DNA of 63,776 nucleotides, the filler included, from Collodictyon triciliatum (taxonomy: Eukaryota): assembly GCA_043381765.1 (NCBI GenBank). It is 9 parts of 9 records of this genome, joined end to end, with 100 filler letters (N's around TTAATTAATTAA, not from the genome) between each part and the next. Parts side by side here need not be neighbours in the genome. Positions count along the whole stretch, not along the records: positions 49,700 to 56,688 come from JBHJMP010004121.1; positions 56,789 to 63,776 come from JBHJMP010004122.1; 7 more parts are not named here. One strand, 5' to 3'. This document shows positions 53,601 to 63,776 of the stretch, piece after piece. Below the pieces are notes generated by a model that saw only the letters and a list, made by a program, of their open reading frames with translations, did not search any database and was not told the origin of the DNA. The position numbers and the translations under genes were made by a program. Every line of letters starts with the position of its first letter. Position 1 is the stretch's first letter.

Positions 53601-54542
53601 TCGGCCTCAATTCTGGTATTCCAATACGAGGATGCATCATGGAACTACCGTAAAAGAGTCCTTCCTCCAGCGTGGGACAGTATCGAGCCGGTTGAAAGCC
53701 TCTTTGGTGCTTCATTAGATGTCCTAAGCGCATTTATGGCCGTGGGGGCCCCTCGTGCTCATGATGAAGACGATGTCGTTACTGGAGCCGTTTATTTTTA
53801 TGTAATGGACTCGAGTCAGGGATGGGAGCAGAATCCATCCAAAATCGTGCCAGCTGATGGGCAAGCGGGAGACAGTTTTGGAGTGAGTGTAGCGATTAGT
53901 CAAAACATCTACTATGTTGAACAGGTCAACTGGACAAGGACTGAGGCAGAGGACTTTGACTACTCATACCTTCAGCGATGGGAGCAACATATTGCAGTCG
54001 CAAGCAAGCCATCAACGAGAGAGTCGAGCGTCTACCTCTACGCTTTCGACGAGAGCGGATTTCGCCTCAAGGGCATTGTCAGAGCCTCTGGATCCGGGTT
54101 GCTCTCCTTGTCTGTGGCCCTGACTCCGACGTCCCTGATAGTTGGAGACCCAGGATTCAGCGTCTCTGGTGTAGAGTGTGGAAGCGTCTTTGTGTACGAC
54201 ATCCGCGGCGCGGCTCAAATCACTGTGACACAAACACTTGTCCCTAATTCACCGCGTGATGGGCAGCTCTTTGGTTTCCGCATCGCGGCTTTTGATGAGC
54301 GCTTGGTGGTGTTTGAAGGCCAAGCATCTGCAGCGCCGTCATCTGTGCGCGGCTTCACCGTCTATCAGTCACGCCCGAACAAACTCTCCTATGCTGCAAC
54401 TCGCCATGCGGCCTCTGACTTCTTGCCACTGGGTAGCGAGTTTGGCGCTGATTTGGCGTTCAGTGCATCAGGAATCATCGTGGGTGCGCCACTTGCTGAA
54501 GGCGATTATCCTGGGCGTGGTGCTGTCGTTTTGATTCCGTAA
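49838..54542 (+). CDS. Secreted 1087-aa mosaic: signal peptide, beta-lactamase-family serine hydrolase, inactive trypsin-like domain, two EGF-like units, FG-GAP beta-propeller
   Basis: Eleven exons with consistent phases: 49838-50039, 50300-50529, 50747-51445, 51516-51608, 51691-51755, 51892-51988, 52102-52206, 52353-52472, 52660-52953, 53051-53180, 53314-54542 (3264 nt). Motifs: WSSSKW, LLSFTSG, FSYGD, HSGG; CTGFLV, IGHPNGLP, TGSPVF; CICSDGFF|GRDC; FGASL..AVGAP, FGVSVA, IVGDP, IIVGAP. Confidence 0.85.
50539..50634. repeat. (TAT)n intronic microsatellite
   Basis: Perfect trimer array inside intron 50530-50746. Confidence 0.95.
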
Positions 54543-54984
54543 GAGCGTCCTGTGATGCAAGGGTCGAGCTCATGCTTTTGCCTCTGTGAAAAGCATGCCC
54601 AGACATCCGAAGATGACGGAAGGGACTGCGATGAAATAAAGATGATGCAAGTGAAGCGCGGCGGTGTGATGAAGGGCGCGTGTAGTTGTCCGTCTTTGGC
54701 TCTCTGGCCGTGTGATGATAAATCTGGTGTTCTAATGCGGAATTTATGATGATTACTTCTTATTGCCACCTCTTTCGTAGTAACTGTCGCTTTCATCTGG
54801 TAAATATTTACGCGCATGTAAATTCACACTAGTATTACATCAGTGTGTTCTGCAATGTTTAAGAATCAGGAAGGGTTTGCTTTTTGCGCAAGACGGGCTC
54901 TTTCTTTTGATTCATTAGAATCGGATTAGCCGCCAAGCCGAGTAATCAAAGGCTATACAGAAGGACGCTGCGCAGTCGGAGCGA

Positions 54985-56366
54985 ATGAATCCCGCAAAGC
55001 AACTGAAGCCGTCGTTTGAGGGGCACCATGTAAGTGGCCCGTGATCAACACTGTGATTCTTGACTTAACCTCTCTCTCTGATCTGTATTCTGCGCGCTGT
55101 TATTCATATTTTTACTTTATTTTTTTCTAACTTGCTTTTTTCTTTTTGCTTTCGATTAGTTTTTTTTTTTAAAATTATATTATTTAATTACTGACGTCTT
55201 TAGTTTTTCTTTTTCTTTTTTTTAAAGGTGGTGTTTCCTACAAAAATCGTGAATCCGCATCTTTGTTGCCCGCTTTGTGGAGGTTATTTCTTCCAAGCAA
55301 CCACAATTGTCGAGTGTCTTCATTCGTGTATGGAAGTTAACTTTTTCTTTTTTTATAAATAAATAAAAAAAAAAAAAGAAAAGCAGAGGACTTTGATACA
55401 TATATATTTATTTTAATGGAAAAAAATAATTTTCTTTCTGTGGGCTTGTTTGTTGGTGTATTTTTTTTCTTTGAACACCGCAATATCCAAACTATATTAT
55501 GTGAACGCAGTTTGCAAGGATTGCATCTACAAATACTTGGATGAGATACAGGAATGTCCGATATGTCAATTACCTGTGAATGCAAACACGTTTGATGAAG
55601 TTGTCAAGTATGTTGTGCTCTTTTGCACACATTACAACTATATTTATTTCTCGCAATTATAAGCCGCTCATAAATAAATACTCAATAAAAGTTAAGATAT
55701 TAAAAAGAACCACAAAAAAAAAAAACCACCTTTCTTGAAAGATAAGAAAATTCAGATTGCCGTGAAAAAAAAGGCTAAAAAAATGTGAAGAGAAGCGGAT
55801 GTAGCAATCGTATCTCATAATTATCTCTGACCAACAAGCACAGACATAATTATAACGCTTTTGTTGCTTAATTGATATCATATTGGACGTACTTGTATTT
55901 ATAAACATACCATTTCATTCATGAATTCAATTATTTCCTCGTATTCTTTCAGGCCTGACAATGTCCTTCAGTCGCTGGTAGATAAACTCTTTCCAGACAT
56001 TGCAAAACGGGACGAGGCCATTAAACTGGAATATCAGCGAATCCACGGAATTGATGAGAAAGAGCCTGGTAAATGTCACATCCTGGAGCATTCATTATAT
56101 ATTTATGTGAACCGCGTCTTCTTTTGTAAATAAAAAATAGTGTTGGTGATTTTATATCCCATTTTATGGTGACATTTTCTTTGTCACAAACACTTATTTC
56201 GTAATGTCTGATGTGCAGAAGATTTATCGGTATCAGCTAGACGCAAACGCTCCGCTGCAGCAGTCGCTAAAACTCTCCCAAACAGCAAACATTCAAAAGC
56301 GGATTCATTTGCCATCCCAAAAACCGCGATGGATGTTATTTCGTTTCATATGTTGCCTTTGGACAG
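54985..56366 (+). CDS. PCGF: Polycomb group RING finger (PCGF/BMI1/Psc-like) protein; 3'-truncated
   Basis: [35 protein letters not shown]...CPIC...|[14 protein letters not shown] is the characteristic PCGF RING and post-RING motif. Confidence 0.9.
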
Positions 56367-56591
56367 GTGTGTTAATATTCTGCATGAAATATTTGTATTC
56401 TTTATCCATGAATCAAAAAGAGGATAGTAGAGGCATTGCCAAGCAGAGATGCCCTGCGAACATGACCCATCTCTTCATTCCGTCATTTTGATGTTCTGTA
56501 ATCGAATGAGACTTATGCCAATTAATCATTCCCCACTTTTTTCTTCTCATGGCCACATTTTCCAAATCTTGCAATTTTGCTCTGCATATAC

Positions 56592-56688
56592 AAAGAAACA
56601 AAGAAACAAAGAAACAAAGAAACAAAGAAACAAAGAAACAAAGAAACAAAGAAACAAAGAAACAAAGAAACAAAGAAACAAAGAAACA
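56592..56688. repeat. (AAAGAAAC)n microsatellite at contig end
   Basis: Perfect octamer array. Confidence 0.95.
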
Positions 56689-56788
56689 NNNNNNNNNNNN
56701 NNNNNNNNNNNNNNNNNNNNNNNNNNNNNNNNTTAATTAATTAANNNNNNNNNNNNNNNNNNNNNNNNNNNNNNNNNNNNNNNNNNNN

Positions 56789-56882
<94 letters not shown>

Positions 56883-56937
56883 GTAACGCCAATAAAATAA
56901 TAATAAAACAGTAGTAGTAGTAGTATAAAAAACTTAC

Positions 56938-63582
<6,645 letters not shown>

Positions 63583-63776
63583 ACACAGCGGACGTCGAGT
63601 CAGGAAGAGCAGGAAGTGGAAGAGAAAAAGCGGTGTTCTTTCGTCCTTGGCAGACTCTTTGCTTCCTGTTCGTCGAACGCTCCTGCAGCTAAAAAAAAAA
63701 AAAAAAAGACAAAAAAGACATGAAAAAAAAAAAAATGACCCCTTTGTATCTAGTTTAAGAAAATCAGTAATTTCGT

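Overview
AT-rich, intron-dense nuclear DNA of a flagellated unicellular eukaryote (IFT56 and CEP83 present; standard genetic code; GT-AG introns of about 60-400 nt). The window is not one locus. It is nine contigs of about 7 kb, sorted by decreasing length and joined by 100-nt N spacers carrying TTAATTAATTAA, so gene neighbourhoods across spacers are artificial. I assembled 16 spliced protein-coding genes by hand, many truncated at contig ends: C2HC zinc-finger protein, RGS protein, four-repeat winged-helix-like protein, SMYD, ankyrin-BTB, squalene-synthase-like, PIKfyve, PRKCSH, IFT56, UBC-fusion, RMI1, CRT-like transporter, CEP83, a large secreted mosaic protein, PCGF and USP7. The most notable observations are: (1) a 1087-aa secreted mosaic of beta-lactamase-fold hydrolase, catalytically dead bacterial-type trypsin, EGF-like units and an FG-GAP propeller; (2) a dispersed family of ultra-short (19-41 bp) A-tailed insertions with perfect 15-18 bp target-site duplications inside introns; (3) an intact squalene synthase homologue that has lost the main catalytic motifs; (4) a four-repeat protein whose intron positions recur in every repeat. 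All family assignments come from motif recognition by eye; no searches were run.
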